From: a candidate division FCPU426 bacterium | Lineage (GTDB): Bacteria; Oederibacteriota; Muellerivitia; Muellerivitales; Muellerivitaceae | Length of the DNA: 64,000 nt | Reading direction: 5' to 3' | Assembly: GCA_963830915.1 (NCBI GenBank) | Contig: CAWHOE010000019.1 | Location: 53,631 to 117,630 of the forward strand | Part shown: piece by piece, positions 49,600 through 61,995 of the stretch | Position numbering within the stretch: position 1 is the first letter of the stretch | How the letters are laid out: every line of letters starts with the position of its first letter | Made by a program: the position numbers and the translations under genes | The notes under the pieces: generated by a model | Database searches by the model: none | Told to the model about the DNA's origin: nothing | The model's input: the letters and a program-made list of their open reading frames with translations, nothing else

Positions 49600-51147
49600 T
49601 TAGATCTTGAAATCGAAATACCTTGTCACCTGGACACGGATCTGCTGCCAGGGGAAATCGGCGTTGTTCATCAGGTCGTTCAAGTTCCTATCGTCCGCCG
49701 GGTTGCCCCCGTGCCACATTTCCTTTTCGGCGTCAATCCCGACCCCGATACCCCAGCCCGAGTCCTCGATATATTCCAAACCCAGGCCGTATTTTAAGGA
49801 ACTGGCGGTGGCGGAGGAATATTGGTCGCGTTGGCCGAAATAATCGAAACCCGCCTCAAGGTAAGGCCGCCAGTTGCCGGTCAGCATGTCATAACGCAAG
49901 TCTAATTCGGAAGGGAGAAAACCGCGGTTGATGCCGATCCAGACCTGCAGGGGATTTTGCGTAAATAATCCCAGTTGGAAAGAATCGGAGAGAGTGCTCA
50001 ATTGTTCAGCCACGGCCCAATTGTAATCAGCCGCCCGGTGCAGGTTGTGAACGCCGTCGAAAAGCTCGAAATATCCAAGTCCGTTTTTTGTCATGGGAGT
50101 GAGAAGCCGTTGTTTTGGGGGGAGGCCCTGGTTCAGGGAAAGATACATGTCGTTGATGATCCCATCTTGATAGAACAGGTTATGACATATCCCGCAATCC
50201 TCCAATATCAGGCTGGCGTCGAGGGTGGTAAGCCCGTTCAGCACCGTTAGTCGGTCGCCTGCCTGCCCCAAACGATCTTTACCTGAAAGGGCGAGGGCGG
50301 TCGAAAGCGCCTGATCTTCCGTGGAAGCGTAAAGAAGAAAGGGACATCCCTTTTCCACATATTTCTCCCGCAAGCCCCCTTTCCCTTCGAATAGCTTCTT
50401 GAATCGCTCGGTCTCGATCTCGGCGGCGATCAGGACAACGGAGCCGACCCTGTGGGCATCCGCCAAAGGTAATTGGGCTAAAGTCTCGCATAACAGTCGG
50501 GTGCCCATGCTATGGGCGATCAGATGGACCTTGCGGCCGTTGGATCTATGGAGGATGTCCGTCAGGAAGACCAACGCGTGGCGGATAGTTTCGGGGTATT
50601 CGACCGTTTTAAGGTCTTGATCGAAGCTGGTGACGCTTCCCAAAGAGGGCCAGCTATATAAGATAGGTGTGCCCTTCAGCTGGAGATCGTAAGCTATTTT
50701 GGCGGCAAGAACCGCCCCGTTATGGAAGTCGGTGTTGTAACCATGGATGAATACGAGGGTGTTATCGGTTTTGTCGTTCTTTAAAAGCATATCCAGTTCA
50801 TCGGGTGTTAAGGATCTATTTTTGACCTCGGTGAAAGGAGGGCTGTTCTTGGGCTGGAACTTCAACCACGAGATCATTTCTCCGGTCTTCCGACGATACC
50901 GAAGATCCAAAGCCACTTCGCTCAATCCGTAGTGGACCTGAGGATCCTTCTTCCCGCTATAACTTGGGTTTGCCCCGTTGGGAGTTTCCGCCCGGTCCGT
51001 GCCATAGAGAATAGAAACGATAGGGATGAAATTCATGTCCAGGTCGGGTGACGGGGAAGAAGTTACGGCCCATGAGGGAAACGGTAAAAAGGCTGAAAAG
51101 CAAAGAGTCTCAACCGCGATCGAAAAAAGAAATAAGTGTATTTTCAA
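49600..51147 (-). CDS. DUF900-type alpha/beta hydrolase with C-terminal beta-barrel-like extension
   Basis: YGTDR, LVFIHGYN, YSWPS, HLIAHSMG, YASTEDQAL, RLG; amphipathic beta C-terminus. Confidence 0.75.
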   Translation of the reverse strand: MKIHLFLFSIAVETLCFSAFLPFPSWAVTSSPSPDLDMNFIPIVSILYGTDRAETPNGANPSYSGKKDPQVHYGLSEVALDLRYRRKTGEMISWLKFQPKNSPPFTEVKNRSLTPDELDMLLKNDKTDNTLVFIHGYNTDFHNGAVLAAKIAYDLQLKGTPILYSWPSLGSVTSFDQDLKTVEYPETIRHALVFLTDILHRSNGRKVHLIAHSMGTRLLCETLAQLPLADAHRVGSVVLIAAEIETERFKKLFEGKGGLREKYVEKGCPFLLYASTEDQALSTALALSGKDRLGQAGDRLTVLNGLTTLDASLILEDCGICHNLFYQDGIINDMYLSLNQGLPPKQRLLTPMTKNGLGYFELFDGVHNLHRAADYNWAVAEQLSTLSDSFQLGLFTQNPLQVWIGINRGFLPSELDLRYDMLTGNWRPYLEAGFDYFGQRDQYSSATASSLKYGLGLEYIEDSGWGIGVGIDAEKEMWHGGNPADDRNLNDLMNNADFPWQQIRVQVTRYFDFKI

Positions 51148-51303
51148 AATGTTCCTCGCCCCTTGAATGAGGGAATATCATACCGGTAAACAATGCCTGA
51201 TAAAGAACCCCGTTCAAAATTCCTTTAATAAGCCTTGATGATGATAAAGTATCCGTAGTTGGACGCTATTTTAAAATGTCCTTTAAAAAGTCAGGGTCGA
51301 CTC

Positions 51304-53307
51304 ATGCCCCATTATCTCAATTCGACACAACGGAATTTGCTTGGGCCGAAGGTGCCTTCTTTGTGGATCGTGTTCATTATTTCGCTTTTGGCCAATTCGG
51401 TCCTTTCTTTTTACCGGTTTTCACCCATGACGGCCATCTTTGTTGGAGCCGCTTTCTTGGCAGCTCCTTTCGCATGGCTTGGCGTCTCGGGAAAATTTCG
51501 ATCCGATGACCATGTTTTGAGAATGGATATGGGAGATGTCCCCGGTTCCCTGGTCGTCATTTTGGTCCTTGGCGCTATTTTGGCGAGATTGTGGCAATTG
51601 ACCTCCCTGTCCGGATGGCCCCTGGCTGACGAGGGGATCAACGCCTTTTTTTCCATGGAACTTTTGAAGTCTTGGAACTGGAACCCTTTGATCGGCGTGT
51701 CCCAACATCCTGCCGCGTTCAATTGGGGCGAAGCGCTGTTCTTCAAGTTTTTGGGGCCTTCTTTGTTCAGCTTGTGGCTCTATCCCGCCTTTCTATCGAT
51801 CCTTACGCTGGGGTTGATCTATTGGGCCGCCCGCCAATTTTTCAACCGTTCTTTCGCCCTTGTTTGTCTCATGTTTTCATTGTTCCAATATTGGCTTTTG
51901 TGGTGCGGCCGTTTATCCGAAATTTCCCTGGCCCTGCCGCAGGAAATGTTGACCTTGATATGCGCGGGATGGGTGCTCAAACATAAAAAGGGAAATCCGG
52001 ATCGGCGTTATTTCCTGTTGGGGGCGGCCCTTGCCTTGAATTTTTACATGGCCACCTCGTCGATCGCATTGGCGCTGTTCGCGGCCATGGCCTTTTTTCT
52101 CTTCGGGTTCAAGGAAAGGATCGAAGGAACGCCAAGCGGTCGAGCCGGATTTCTCATTGGATTCTTCTTGATCCTGGCCCCGTTGGTCTATTTTTCCATG
52201 CGACAAGGCTATGGAAAATATGTCAACAGCCTTTGGTTTTTCGAGCCTTCCTCCCTTTATGAGAACGCTTGGATCGGCCCGGTCTCCAATGTGACGGGAA
52301 TATTCTGGGGCGCGAGGGATTCGTCCCTCTGGGGCGGTTTTTTGAATCCCTTGGAGACGTCGCTGGTTTTTATGGGCGGATACTACGCCTTCCAACAACG
52401 TCATTCCCCATTGATGCGATGGACGCTAGTTTCTTCCCTGGTCAGTCTTCTTCCGGGCTTGGCCAGCAGCACCATCGAGCATTTTCGGGTGATATTGATA
52501 GTGCCGTTCCTGCTGGTCTTTTGCGCGCTGGGGTTGGGCTGTTTATTGACCGAAACCAGGGAGACTTTACGGGGTTGGTTGATCGGGGCGGTCTTGATCT
52601 TGACGATGGGTCTCAATCTTTTCCATCTTTTCGGACCTTACCACCAAGCCTGGGGGATCCCGGGCCCGGAATGCAGCCGCTTCAAATCCATCGAGCAATG
52701 GAGAGCTTATGATCGGCTCAAGGAGGTTTCCAAAACGAGGGGGCCGGGCCGTGTATTTTTTGAATTCTCCTTGAGTATGCCCGATGAAACCATCGCCTTG
52801 GCGGTGTGCCCGTTCGACGCCGAACAGAATCCCCATTTGTCCGCTCCCAAATGGGTGGCGCTTATCACGAACGCCCAATGGCAAGACTCTTTGAAGAGGC
52901 GTTTTCCCAAGGCCGAGTGGATATTTCTTTCCGAACACCTTTCCATGGCCGAGGGGGGCGGTTTACTGGGGATCATCCCATCCGAGGAATTGGATGAAAG
53001 GACATTGGCGAAATGGGAGAAGGCCCATGAGATCTGCCATCAAGTGGCCGCGGTTTTTTTCCATTATCCCGACAAGGTCAGGGATCAAAAGATCGTTGAC
53101 CTGCTACGGGAAAACGCAAAGGCCTTCGAAGAAGACCGGCTTTTGGCGTCCATTTACTGGAACAAGCTGGAGTATTTCCAATCAAGGGATGGAAATGTCA
53201 AGGGCGCCATCGAAGCATTGCGTATGGGGTTGAAAAGCGGATATCGGAGCTTCTTTTTCGAACGTCGGCTCAAGGATTTGACGGGGATGGATAAAACAAA
53301 TCCCTGA
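51304..53307 (+). CDS. GT-C (GT39/ArnT-like) membrane glycosyltransferase
   Basis: ARLWQL...DEG loop motif, multi-TM body, soluble helical C-terminus. Confidence 0.7.
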   Translation: MPHYLNSTQRNLLGPKVPSLWIVFIISLLANSVLSFYRFSPMTAIFVGAAFLAAPFAWLGVSGKFRSDDHVLRMDMGDVPGSLVVILVLGAILARLWQLTSLSGWPLADEGINAFFSMELLKSWNWNPLIGVSQHPAAFNWGEALFFKFLGPSLFSLWLYPAFLSILTLGLIYWAARQFFNRSFALVCLMFSLFQYWLLWCGRLSEISLALPQEMLTLICAGWVLKHKKGNPDRRYFLLGAALALNFYMATSSIALALFAAMAFFLFGFKERIEGTPSGRAGFLIGFFLILAPLVYFSMRQGYGKYVNSLWFFEPSSLYENAWIGPVSNVTGIFWGARDSSLWGGFLNPLETSLVFMGGYYAFQQRHSPLMRWTLVSSLVSLLPGLASSTIEHFRVILIVPFLLVFCALGLGCLLTETRETLRGWLIGAVLILTMGLNLFHLFGPYHQAWGIPGPECSRFKSIEQWRAYDRLKEVSKTRGPGRVFFEFSLSMPDETIALAVCPFDAEQNPHLSAPKWVALITNAQWQDSLKRRFPKAEWIFLSEHLSMAEGGGLLGIIPSEELDERTLAKWEKAHEICHQVAAVFFHYPDKVRDQKIVDLLRENAKAFEEDRLLASIYWNKLEYFQSRDGNVKGAIEALRMGLKSGYRSFFFERRLKDLTGMDKTNP

Positions 53308-53359
53308 CCATGTTCGAGATGGTTCGGCGGATCTTCTTGGGGTAGGCTTCCCTCTTTCC

Positions 53360-54676
53360 TCAATAAAGGGTGTCGGTCCGTCTTTCGCCCAGTAGGTGGT
53401 AATTTTTTTCCTGGATGGCCTTCACGAAAATTTCCCTGTCCCTATAGAGCGACTTGGTTTGGAAATTATGGACCCCCAATCCGATATGAAAAACGATATT
53501 GCAGACCAGGAGGACTTTTGCTGCGGTCAAGAATCGCCTATTGTCCGCCCAAGGGCTGAAGGCGTAGAAGCCATAAAGCATGACGACCGGCAGGGTCAGG
53601 TAATAGGTGTGGGCCGCCGGGGCCTTGATGGCGAAAAGGAAGCTGAGATAGACCAACCAGAACGTCGAGAGGGTCAAAAGCCTCAGGGCGGGCCAATCCT
53701 TTTGAGGATGTTTATTCCTGAAGCCCAATCCCAATAACAAGACGGCCTGGAGGATGCCCAGGATGAAGGCGATGACGGTGAAAGGCGCGGTCCATGGGTT
53801 TTGGCCCAGATAAGCCAGGCGGTCGGCGGTATTGGCCCCAATGAAGCGGGCGACCTCACAACAAGCCAGGGAAAGGAAACGGGCCAAGACGGTCGGGAAA
53901 GAGGAAAGGTTCTCAAGGTTCAACCGGATGGCATGGGAGACACCCCCGCTTTCGAATCCGTATTTCAGGTAAGTCGGCAAGATGAGGCTGGCTGTGATCA
54001 TACATCCCAAAAAGAACGAAAGGATGGGGATGGTTTTGTTGCCCTTCTCCTTGAGCTGATAAAAAAGTGAAACCAGGGCGAAAGGGAAAAGGATCACATA
54101 AGACATATGGAATTGGGCGGTCCAAAAAAGCGAGAAGCCCATCATGAAATTGGCGAGCTTGGGGGATAGGACCCGCAAACTCAAAGCCGGCATGGTTTCC
54201 AAGAAGCCGACAAAGAACAAAATGCCCCCGAAAAGCATATAGGAATCGTTGTCGATATTCGTGGACCAATTGAGGACCCAAGGGGCGGTCATTGTCCAGG
54301 TCCAAATGATCCATTTTGGAAAATTCGGTAGGCGCTTTGCGCTATACCAAGCGAGGAGGCATAAACCCCCGAACGATAGCAAGTTAAGAAGGATGTAAGG
54401 CGCTTCTGGGATAGGGCATATATAGAAAGGAAGGCCTACCGCCAGCCCCTGAAGGGCTCCGGGAAGCTGAATCTTTTCCGCCACATCCGGCCCGAAATAG
54501 GGCCAAAGTCCGGTCGTGAAGAATTTCAAGCCGATGAGGTATATCTGATGCTGGTCGATGAACCATATCTCGGTACCAAGACCAAAAGCCAAACGGAAAA
54601 GAAAGGCGATGACTAATAGGAGGACAAACCAAGGAAATGTCCTGGCGCCGGGTCGGGAGAGGGGAGAGGTTGCCAC
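53360..54676 (-). CDS. Polytopic membrane protein, probable GT-C fold
   Basis: FLFRL...IDQ...PYFGP...LPG first-loop pattern, QFH, many TM segments. Confidence 0.55.
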   Translation of the reverse strand: MATSPLSRPGARTFPWFVLLLVIAFLFRLAFGLGTEIWFIDQHQIYLIGLKFFTTGLWPYFGPDVAEKIQLPGALQGLAVGLPFYICPIPEAPYILLNLLSFGGLCLLAWYSAKRLPNFPKWIIWTWTMTAPWVLNWSTNIDNDSYMLFGGILFFVGFLETMPALSLRVLSPKLANFMMGFSLFWTAQFHMSYVILFPFALVSLFYQLKEKGNKTIPILSFFLGCMITASLILPTYLKYGFESGGVSHAIRLNLENLSSFPTVLARFLSLACCEVARFIGANTADRLAYLGQNPWTAPFTVIAFILGILQAVLLLGLGFRNKHPQKDWPALRLLTLSTFWLVYLSFLFAIKAPAAHTYYLTLPVVMLYGFYAFSPWADNRRFLTAAKVLLVCNIVFHIGLGVHNFQTKSLYRDREIFVKAIQEKNYHLLGERRTDTLY

Positions 54677-54829
54677 GCGGTTATTATTATTGGCCCCCGC
54701 GCGTCGTTCAAGTATATTACCGCCCTGTTGGCCGGGTTATCCCGTGGAATATATCTTGCCTCGGGGTTAGAATGAGCCGACATTTTCAAAACCCGCCCTG
54801 TTTTCGGGTGAGCGACAGGAGAAACCGTT

Positions 54830-55399
54830 ATGACCGATAAGATCCGTGGACGTATCGAGGAAAGCATCCAGGTCAAACAGACCTTGTTGGCCCGCTGCCT
54901 GCCCCAGATCGAAAAGGCCGGCGAGATCCTGGTCAAGGCGTACTTAAGAGGCAACAAGGCGGTCTGGTTCGGCAACGGCGGAAGCGCCGCCGACGCCCAG
55001 CATATCGCCGCGGAGCTGGTGGGCGACTACTTGAAACGCCGCCGGGCCCTCATGTCCCTGGCCCTGCACACCAATACCTCCACCCTGACCGCCCTGGGAA
55101 ATGACTATGGTTATGACCAGATCTATTCCCACCAGATCGAGGGTTTGTGCCAGGAGGGCGACGTGTGCGTGGGGCTCTCCACCTCCGGTAACTCGGAGAA
55201 TGTGCTGAAAGGCGTCATCGCGGCCAAGAAGGTCAAGGCCCATACCATCGGATTATTGGGACGGGATGGCGGCAAGATCGCCAAGGAGGTGGACGTGGCC
55301 ATCATCGTTCCGGCCTCGGCCACGGACCGTATCCAGGAATGCCACATGATGATGGGGCATATTTTTTGCGAGCTCATTGAATCGGCGATGTTCCCCTGA
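54830..55399 (+). CDS. gmhA: Sedoheptulose-7-phosphate isomerase
   Basis: GNGGSAADAQHIAAEL, GNDYG, STSGNS, RIQECH. Confidence 0.95.
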   Translation: MTDKIRGRIEESIQVKQTLLARCLPQIEKAGEILVKAYLRGNKAVWFGNGGSAADAQHIAAELVGDYLKRRRALMSLALHTNTSTLTALGNDYGYDQIYSHQIEGLCQEGDVCVGLSTSGNSENVLKGVIAAKKVKAHTIGLLGRDGGKIAKEVDVAIIVPASATDRIQECHMMMGHIFCELIESAMFP

Positions 55400-55435
55400 T
55401 GTTCGTATCACAATCCTAAAGAACCGAGACCAATC

Positions 55436-56452
55436 ATGGATAAACCCTCCATCCTTTCCACGATCGACAAGTCAGAGCTTTTGACCCTGGTGGGTAATCT
55501 CCAGGGCAAGAAGGTCGTGGTCATCGGGGATGTCATGCTGGATGTCTATATACGGGGGATGGTGGCCCGCATCTCGCCCGAGGCGCCCATTCCGGTGGTC
55601 GAGATCAATGAGAAAGACAAGAAGATGCCGGGCGGCGCCGCCAACGTGGCGGCCAACATCACCGCTCTTGGCGGTAAATCCTCCATTATCGGCACGATGG
55701 GACAGGATGAGGCGGGGAAGGAACTGGTCAAGGAACTCAAGGCCCGCCACGTGGATACTTCCGCCCTTTTGGCGTTGTCCGACCGGCCCACGACCGAGAA
55801 AACAAGGGTCATCGCCCACACCCAACAAGTGGTTCGCATTGACCGGGAAGTGAAAACGGCCCTGAAGGAAAAACAACAGGATATGGTCATCCAAAAGGCC
55901 CTGAAGGCTTTGAAAGACGCTAACGGCGTCATTTTCGAGGACTACAACAAGGGTCTGCTCACCCCCAAGGTCATTCGCAAGGTCATGGCCTACGCCAAGT
56001 CCAAGAAAATGATCATCACGGTGGACCCGAAATTCCATAATTTCTTCGAGTTCAAGGGCGTGACGGTCATGAAGCCCAATATGAAGGAAGTCACGGAGGC
56101 CTTGGGCCCTGAGGCGGTCGGCGAGAATTTCGAGACCATCGGTTTCAAGGTCATGAAACGGCTTAAATGCAAATCGGTGGTCCTGACCCGCAGTGAGCAC
56201 GGGATGACCATATTCGAGCCTAAGATGCCGCCCCGCACCATCCCGACCGTCGCGCGGGAAGTCTATGATGTGTCTGGCGCGGGCGATACGGTCATCGCCA
56301 CGCTGACCCTGGCATTGGCCGCGGGAGCCACCCTGCTCCAGGCCGCGACCCTGGCCAATTACGCCGCCGGCATCGAGGTGGAGAAGTTGGGTGTCGCCAC
56401 CGTCTCGGCCGATGAGCTCAGCCAGCGATTACTGGAAGAAATGAACCATTGA
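55436..56452 (+). CDS. rfaE1: Heptose-7-phosphate kinase (RfaE domain I), copy 2
   Basis: GDVMLD, RISPEAPIPV, GGAANVA, DYNKG, VDPK, VYDVSGAGDTVIA. Confidence 0.92.
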   Translation: MDKPSILSTIDKSELLTLVGNLQGKKVVVIGDVMLDVYIRGMVARISPEAPIPVVEINEKDKKMPGGAANVAANITALGGKSSIIGTMGQDEAGKELVKELKARHVDTSALLALSDRPTTEKTRVIAHTQQVVRIDREVKTALKEKQQDMVIQKALKALKDANGVIFEDYNKGLLTPKVIRKVMAYAKSKKMIITVDPKFHNFFEFKGVTVMKPNMKEVTEALGPEAVGENFETIGFKVMKRLKCKSVVLTRSEHGMTIFEPKMPPRTIPTVAREVYDVSGAGDTVIATLTLALAAGATLLQAATLANYAAGIEVEKLGVATVSADELSQRLLEEMNH

Positions 56453-56468
56453 CCGGCCGCCGAACCCC

Positions 56469-57608
56469 ATGATCCTCGCCTGTCCGCTCTTCTGGGTCTA
56501 TCTGGCTTTCCAGCTTCGGATACTCCACTTTCTGACCAACGCCGTCAGTTTCCACCCACGCTATGGGTTCCATGCGGGACTTTGGACCATTCTTTGGACC
56601 ATCTTTTTCATCACGACTCAGATCATCACGAGTATCCACTTGTTCGGCGCCTGGGATGGAGACTTGGTTTCCTGGCATCTCCTTTCCCCTTCTTGGAAAA
56701 TCTATACGGGGGCGATTGGATTCTGGGGGATACAACTCTTCCTCGACCATCCTCTCTGGGCCCTGATCCGCAAGAAACCCGTGGATTACCGGCTGATATC
56801 CCGCAAACCTGTGAAGATCTCGCCGCCTTTCAAACCGCCGATGGATTACCTGAAAAACCTTGGGATGCCCAACCAGGTTTATCTGCCGGAAATATTCGAA
56901 TACGAGGTCAAACTACCGGGCTGGCCAAAGGAATTTTCCGGTCTGACCCTGGTCCAGCTTTCGGATATCCATTATGGGAAATATATCCATAAGGAATATT
57001 TGAAGTTCGTTTTCGACGCTGCCAAGAAACTGAAATGCGACCTGCTGGTTTTCACAGGTGATTTCATCTCTTTTCGTAAGGACATCCCGGCCATAAGGGG
57101 TTTGCTCAAGGGCTTCCGGGCGCCCATGGGCGTCTACGCCCTCCTAGGGAACCATGATCACTGGGCCAATGGCCCGGCCATGCGTAAGGCTCTGGAGGAA
57201 GATCACATCCATGTCCTTTCGAATGAGATAGTTTCCTTTAAACGTAAGGGAAAGACCTTGGACTTGATGGGGGTGGACGACCTTTGGACGGGCGAGAAAA
57301 ATATTGGACCCCTATTGAACGCCAAGGGCGACGCCAAGATCCTTTTGGCCCATCAGCCGGCCCATTTCCCCTTGGCCAAGAAGCTGGGCGCCCAACTGCA
57401 GTTGTCCGGCCATTGCCATGGTGGGCAGATCTGTTTCCCGGTTATCGGACCGGTCATTATCCCCTCGCCGCAGGGAAGGAAATATGCCGGAGGATTCGTC
57501 AGGGAAGGGAAGACCACCCTGTTCGTTCACCGAGGCTTGGGTTGTTATCCGCCCTTGAGGACCCTCTGCCCGCCCGAGATCGTGAAGCTCACCCTTCGGC
57601 CGGAATGA
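56469..57608 (+). CDS. Membrane-anchored metallophosphoesterase
   Basis: SDIH, TGD, GNHD, LAH, SGHCHGGQ. Confidence 0.9.
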   Translation: MILACPLFWVYLAFQLRILHFLTNAVSFHPRYGFHAGLWTILWTIFFITTQIITSIHLFGAWDGDLVSWHLLSPSWKIYTGAIGFWGIQLFLDHPLWALIRKKPVDYRLISRKPVKISPPFKPPMDYLKNLGMPNQVYLPEIFEYEVKLPGWPKEFSGLTLVQLSDIHYGKYIHKEYLKFVFDAAKKLKCDLLVFTGDFISFRKDIPAIRGLLKGFRAPMGVYALLGNHDHWANGPAMRKALEEDHIHVLSNEIVSFKRKGKTLDLMGVDDLWTGEKNIGPLLNAKGDAKILLAHQPAHFPLAKKLGAQLQLSGHCHGGQICFPVIGPVIIPSPQGRKYAGGFVREGKTTLFVHRGLGCYPPLRTLCPPEIVKLTLRPE

Positions 57609-57733
57609 TCCTTTTCGATCCGCGGGACCATTGCCGCTTCCGACAAAACCAAGATGACATAAGCTAGCGGTACTTCTTGCCAGCGCCGAGCGGTTCCACT
57701 ATAATTATGCATCCTGAATGAAATAGAGACGCT

Positions 57734-58226
57734 TTGGAACCCTATTTAGAACCCGCCAAGTTAGCGCCGATCCTCAAAAACCGAAAAAACCTCGGGCAAA
57801 AAGTACGTCTTCACCAACGGAGTGTTCGACCTTCTCCATTTGGGCCATGTCACTTACCTCCAGGAAGCCCGCCGTCAGGGGGACCTTTTGGTGGTTGGCC
57901 TGAATAGCGACGCCTCGGTGCGCCGGATCAAAGGCCCCCTGAAACCCCTCCTGCCATTATCCGAAAGGGCTGAGATGCTGATGGCCCTTTCCTGCGTGGA
58001 TTACGTGAGTTTCTTCGAGGAAGACGACCCCTACAACATCGTGAAGATCCTCCAGCCCGACATCCTGGTCAAGGGCGGGGATTGGGCCCTGGACAAGATC
58101 ATCGGGGCGGACCTGGTGCAATCCTGGGGCGGCAAGGTCATGAATATTCCCGTGGTTGAGGGTCGGTCAACGACCAATCTTATCCAAATGGTCGTGGAGA
58201 GATTCGGCGACAAGAATAAATCTTAA
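57734..58226 (+). CDS. rfaE2: Heptose-1-phosphate adenylyltransferase (RfaE domain II), copy 2; 1-nt frameshift near 57800
   Basis: VFTNGVFDLLHLGH, GLNSDASV, VKGGDW, STT. The N-terminus from TTG 57734 is one base out of frame. Confidence 0.85.
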
Positions 58227-58258
58227 GTTTGCTTGATAAGAAAGGGTTGGTTTCGAAG

Positions 58259-58984
58259 ATGAAAGTGATCGGTGTAATTCCTTCCCGGTTCGGAGCGATG
58301 CGTTTCCCGGGCAAGCCTCTGGCGATGATCGCGGGTGTGCCCATGATCGTGCGCGTCATTCGGCAAGCCCAAAAGGCCAAGCGTTTGAATGAGGTTTGGG
58401 TCGCCACGGATGACCGGCGGATCGCCGAGGCCGTGGAAAAGTCGGGAGCCAGGGCTGTCATGACACCGTCCTCCTTGAAATCCGGGACGGACCGTATCGC
58501 CTACGCCGTGCGCCGTCAAAAAGCGGATATCATCGTGAATATCCAAGGCGACGAACCGGTCATGGATCCCAAGGCGATCGACGCGGCGGTGGAAGTGCTA
58601 CAAAAAGACAAGCGGGTCTTGATGTCCACGGTGGTCCTGCCATTGAAGGACAAGAAGGAATGGCTGAACCCCAACGTGGTCAAGGCGGTGCTGATCCCCA
58701 ATGGCGATGTCCTTTATTTTTCCCGGGCTCCGATCCCGTTCCCGAGGGAGGGAGGGATGCCCAAGGCCTATCAACACATGGGCTTATACGGCTACCGTCC
58801 CGGCTGGTTACAAAAAATGGCGGTCTTGAAACCCACGCCCCTGGAATTGACGGAAAAGCTGGAACAATTAAGGGCCATGGAGAACGGTGTGACGATCCGC
58901 GCCGCGATACGCAATGTGGCCTCCATATCGGTGGATGTGCCGGGGGATGTGAAAAAAGTAGAACAATACTTGAGGAAACATTAA
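58259..58984 (+). CDS. kdsB: CMP-Kdo synthetase
   Basis: IPSRFGAMRFPGKPL, SGTDR, VNIQGDEP, YFSR, EKLEQLRA. Confidence 0.95.
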   Translation: MKVIGVIPSRFGAMRFPGKPLAMIAGVPMIVRVIRQAQKAKRLNEVWVATDDRRIAEAVEKSGARAVMTPSSLKSGTDRIAYAVRRQKADIIVNIQGDEPVMDPKAIDAAVEVLQKDKRVLMSTVVLPLKDKKEWLNPNVVKAVLIPNGDVLYFSRAPIPFPREGGMPKAYQHMGLYGYRPGWLQKMAVLKPTPLELTEKLEQLRAMENGVTIRAAIRNVASISVDVPGDVKKVEQYLRKH

Positions 58985-59015
58985 CCAACATCATCAAGAG
59001 GAAGATAAACGGTGA

Positions 59016-60678
<1,663 letters not shown>

Positions 60679-60682
<4 letters not shown>

Positions 60683-61482
60683 ACTTGACCCAGCTGGGCC
60701 GTCACGGCAGGTTCTTCGTCATCGCGGGACCTTGCGTCATCGAGGGGACGGATTTTTTGATGAAAACCGCGAAGACCCTCAAGGGCATCGCCGATGAGCT
60801 GGGGATCCCCTTGGTGTTCAAGTCTTCCTATGACAAGGCCAATCGTTCCTCGGGGAAGGGTTTCCGGGGGCCGGGCCTGAAAAAGGGTCTGGCCGACCTG
60901 GCGATGGTCAAAAAGAAATGGGGCCTGCCCATCCTGACCGATGTCCACGAGATCGGGGAAGTGAAACCCGCCGCCAAGGTCGCGGAGGTGCTCCAGATCC
61001 CCGCGTTCCTTTCCCGCCAGACAAGCCTTTTGATCGAGGCGGCCAAACATGGGGAAGTGGTCAATGTGAAGAAGGGCCAGTTCATGGCACCCTGGGAAAT
61101 GGCCAATGTGGTGGATAAGATGCGGAACGCCGGGCAGAAGAATATCTGGCTGACCGAGCGGGGAACAACATTCGGTTATAACAACCTGGTGGTGGATTAC
61201 CGAGGCATCCCGGAAATGCGAAAGACCGGCTGCCCGGTCATCTTCGATGGGACCCATAGCGTCCAACAGCCCGCCGCCAAGGGAACTTCCAGCGGGGGGA
61301 CCCGGGAACACGTGCCGACCTTGGTCAGAGCGGCGGTCGCGGCGGGAGTGGATGGTCTATTCCTGGAAGTGCATCCTGACCCGCCCAAGGCCAAATCGGA
61401 CGCGTCCACCCAGATCACCTTCGAGACTTTCAGGCAGGTCCTTAAGGATTCCATTGCCATTCGTAGAGGTCTAAAACTCTAG
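60679..61482 (+). CDS. kdsA: Kdo-8-phosphate synthase
   Basis: IAGPCVIE, KSSYDKANRSS, QIPAFL, NVKKGQF, DGTHSVQ. Confidence 0.96.
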
Positions 61483-61519
61483 CGACATCCGTATCCATCC
61501 CTGATCCAACCGAGGTTCC

Positions 61520-61930
61520 ATGCCCTACCGAATCTATAGTGACGGCGCTTGCCGGGGAAATCCCGGGCCTTCGGGGATAGGGGCGGTCATCCTCAACGAC
61601 AAAGGAACGGCCGTTCACGAGATCGCCAAGTACATCGGGGTGACCACCAACAATGTGGCCGAGTATGAGGCGCTTTTGGAAGCCCTGGACTATTGCGTGA
61701 AGAAGAAACTATCGCCGGTGGAGATATTGGCCGACAGCCAGCTCCTGATCCGCCAGCTCTCGGGCCAGTACAAGGTCAAACATCCGAACATCATCCCGCT
61801 CCATCGGAAGGCCAAAGAATATATGGCCCAATTGGAGATCACAGGGGTGACCCATGTCCTGAGGGAATTCAACAAGGCGGCGGACAAGCTGGCCAACCGG
61901 GGCATCGACGAGCACTTTAAAAACGAATAA
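61520..61930 (+). CDS. rnhA: Ribonuclease HI family protein (short type)
   Basis: DGACRGNPG, TNNVAEY, DSQL, REFNKAADKLAN. Confidence 0.92.
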   Translation: MPYRIYSDGACRGNPGPSGIGAVILNDKGTAVHEIAKYIGVTTNNVAEYEALLEALDYCVKKKLSPVEILADSQLLIRQLSGQYKVKHPNIIPLHRKAKEYMAQLEITGVTHVLREFNKAADKLANRGIDEHFKNE

Positions 61931-61995
61931 TCCCCCTCGAAACCGGCCCATCCGAGGCTGGATTTTGGCTTCTTTTCCGCCTATCATGCCTCTTG

